This document shows, one piece after another, positions 63,699 through 64,000 of a DNA stretch of 64,000 bases (position 1 is the first letter of the stretch; every line of letters begins with the position of its first letter). The DNA lies in the NCBI GenBank assembly GCA_013239625.1, contig MU053557.1, positions 6,087,842 to 6,151,841 of the forward strand. Reading direction: 5' to 3'. The position numbers were made by a program, and so were the translations under genes. This DNA is from Lama guanicoe. Taxonomy: Eukaryota. Below the pieces are notes generated by a model. That model ran no database searches and had not been told where the DNA came from. It saw only the letters and a list, made by a program, of their open reading frames with translations.

Positions 63699-64000
63699 CT
63701 GGGGAAGAGCAGGAGAAGACAGGGTCTGTGCCCCAGCGCGGAGGCTCCTCGGCTGACTGTCTGCAGGAAGGAGGGAGGGAGGGCTGGGCTGACTTTTAGG
63801 CAGGAGGGGAATTCCCCCGAGATGGAGGAGCAGGCAGCCCCGCAGACTCAGCTGAGGCCCCATCCCGCCCCCTGGCAGAGCACAGGGCCCTTCTTTGTCA
63901 GTTCCCCACCTGTCACTTCCCAGACTGGCTGTCACTTGCTGTGAATTCCAGGGAGGGGAGGGGGCTCCGGGGAAGAGCCGGAAGCCTGACGGTTCTGTGG
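63699..64000 (-). promoter_or_regulatory. Probable TNIP1 distal promoter / alternative first exon (exon ends 63699)
   Basis: Consensus minus-strand donor CAG|GTGAGT at 63699/63698; GC-rich; palindromic kB GGGGAATTCCCC 63806..63817; ETS CCGGAAG 63978..63984. Confidence 0.6.

Noticed and set aside
1..64000. CRISPR array, operon or novel defence-type system
   Set aside because: No repeat-spacer array or gene-dense prokaryotic structure; two spliced mammalian genes and repeats account for the recognisable content

Overview
Mammalian genomic DNA containing the known GPX3-TNIP1 locus. Three tRNA-derived SINEs resemble the camelid Vic-1 family, so a camelid is likely (inference). Plus strand: complete 5-exon GPX3 (CDS 7620..15030, 226 aa) with an in-frame TGA (Sec73) and a type-2 SECIS in the 3'UTR. 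Minus strand: complete TNIP1/ABIN-1 (17 coding exons, 45072..17124, 634 aa) with a GC-AG intron, an alternative last-exon acceptor giving a second C-terminus, a CpG-island first exon near 58 kb, a probable distal first exon near 63.7 kb and clustered NF-kB sites. The genes converge tail to tail, apparently both on non-canonical poly(A) signals. Also present: a truncated DNAJB1 processed pseudogene, old MIR/L2/L1/MER repeats and a 19-N gap. I found no evidence of a previously undescribed biological system. Comparisons to human orthologues and repeat consensuses are from memory, not from searches.
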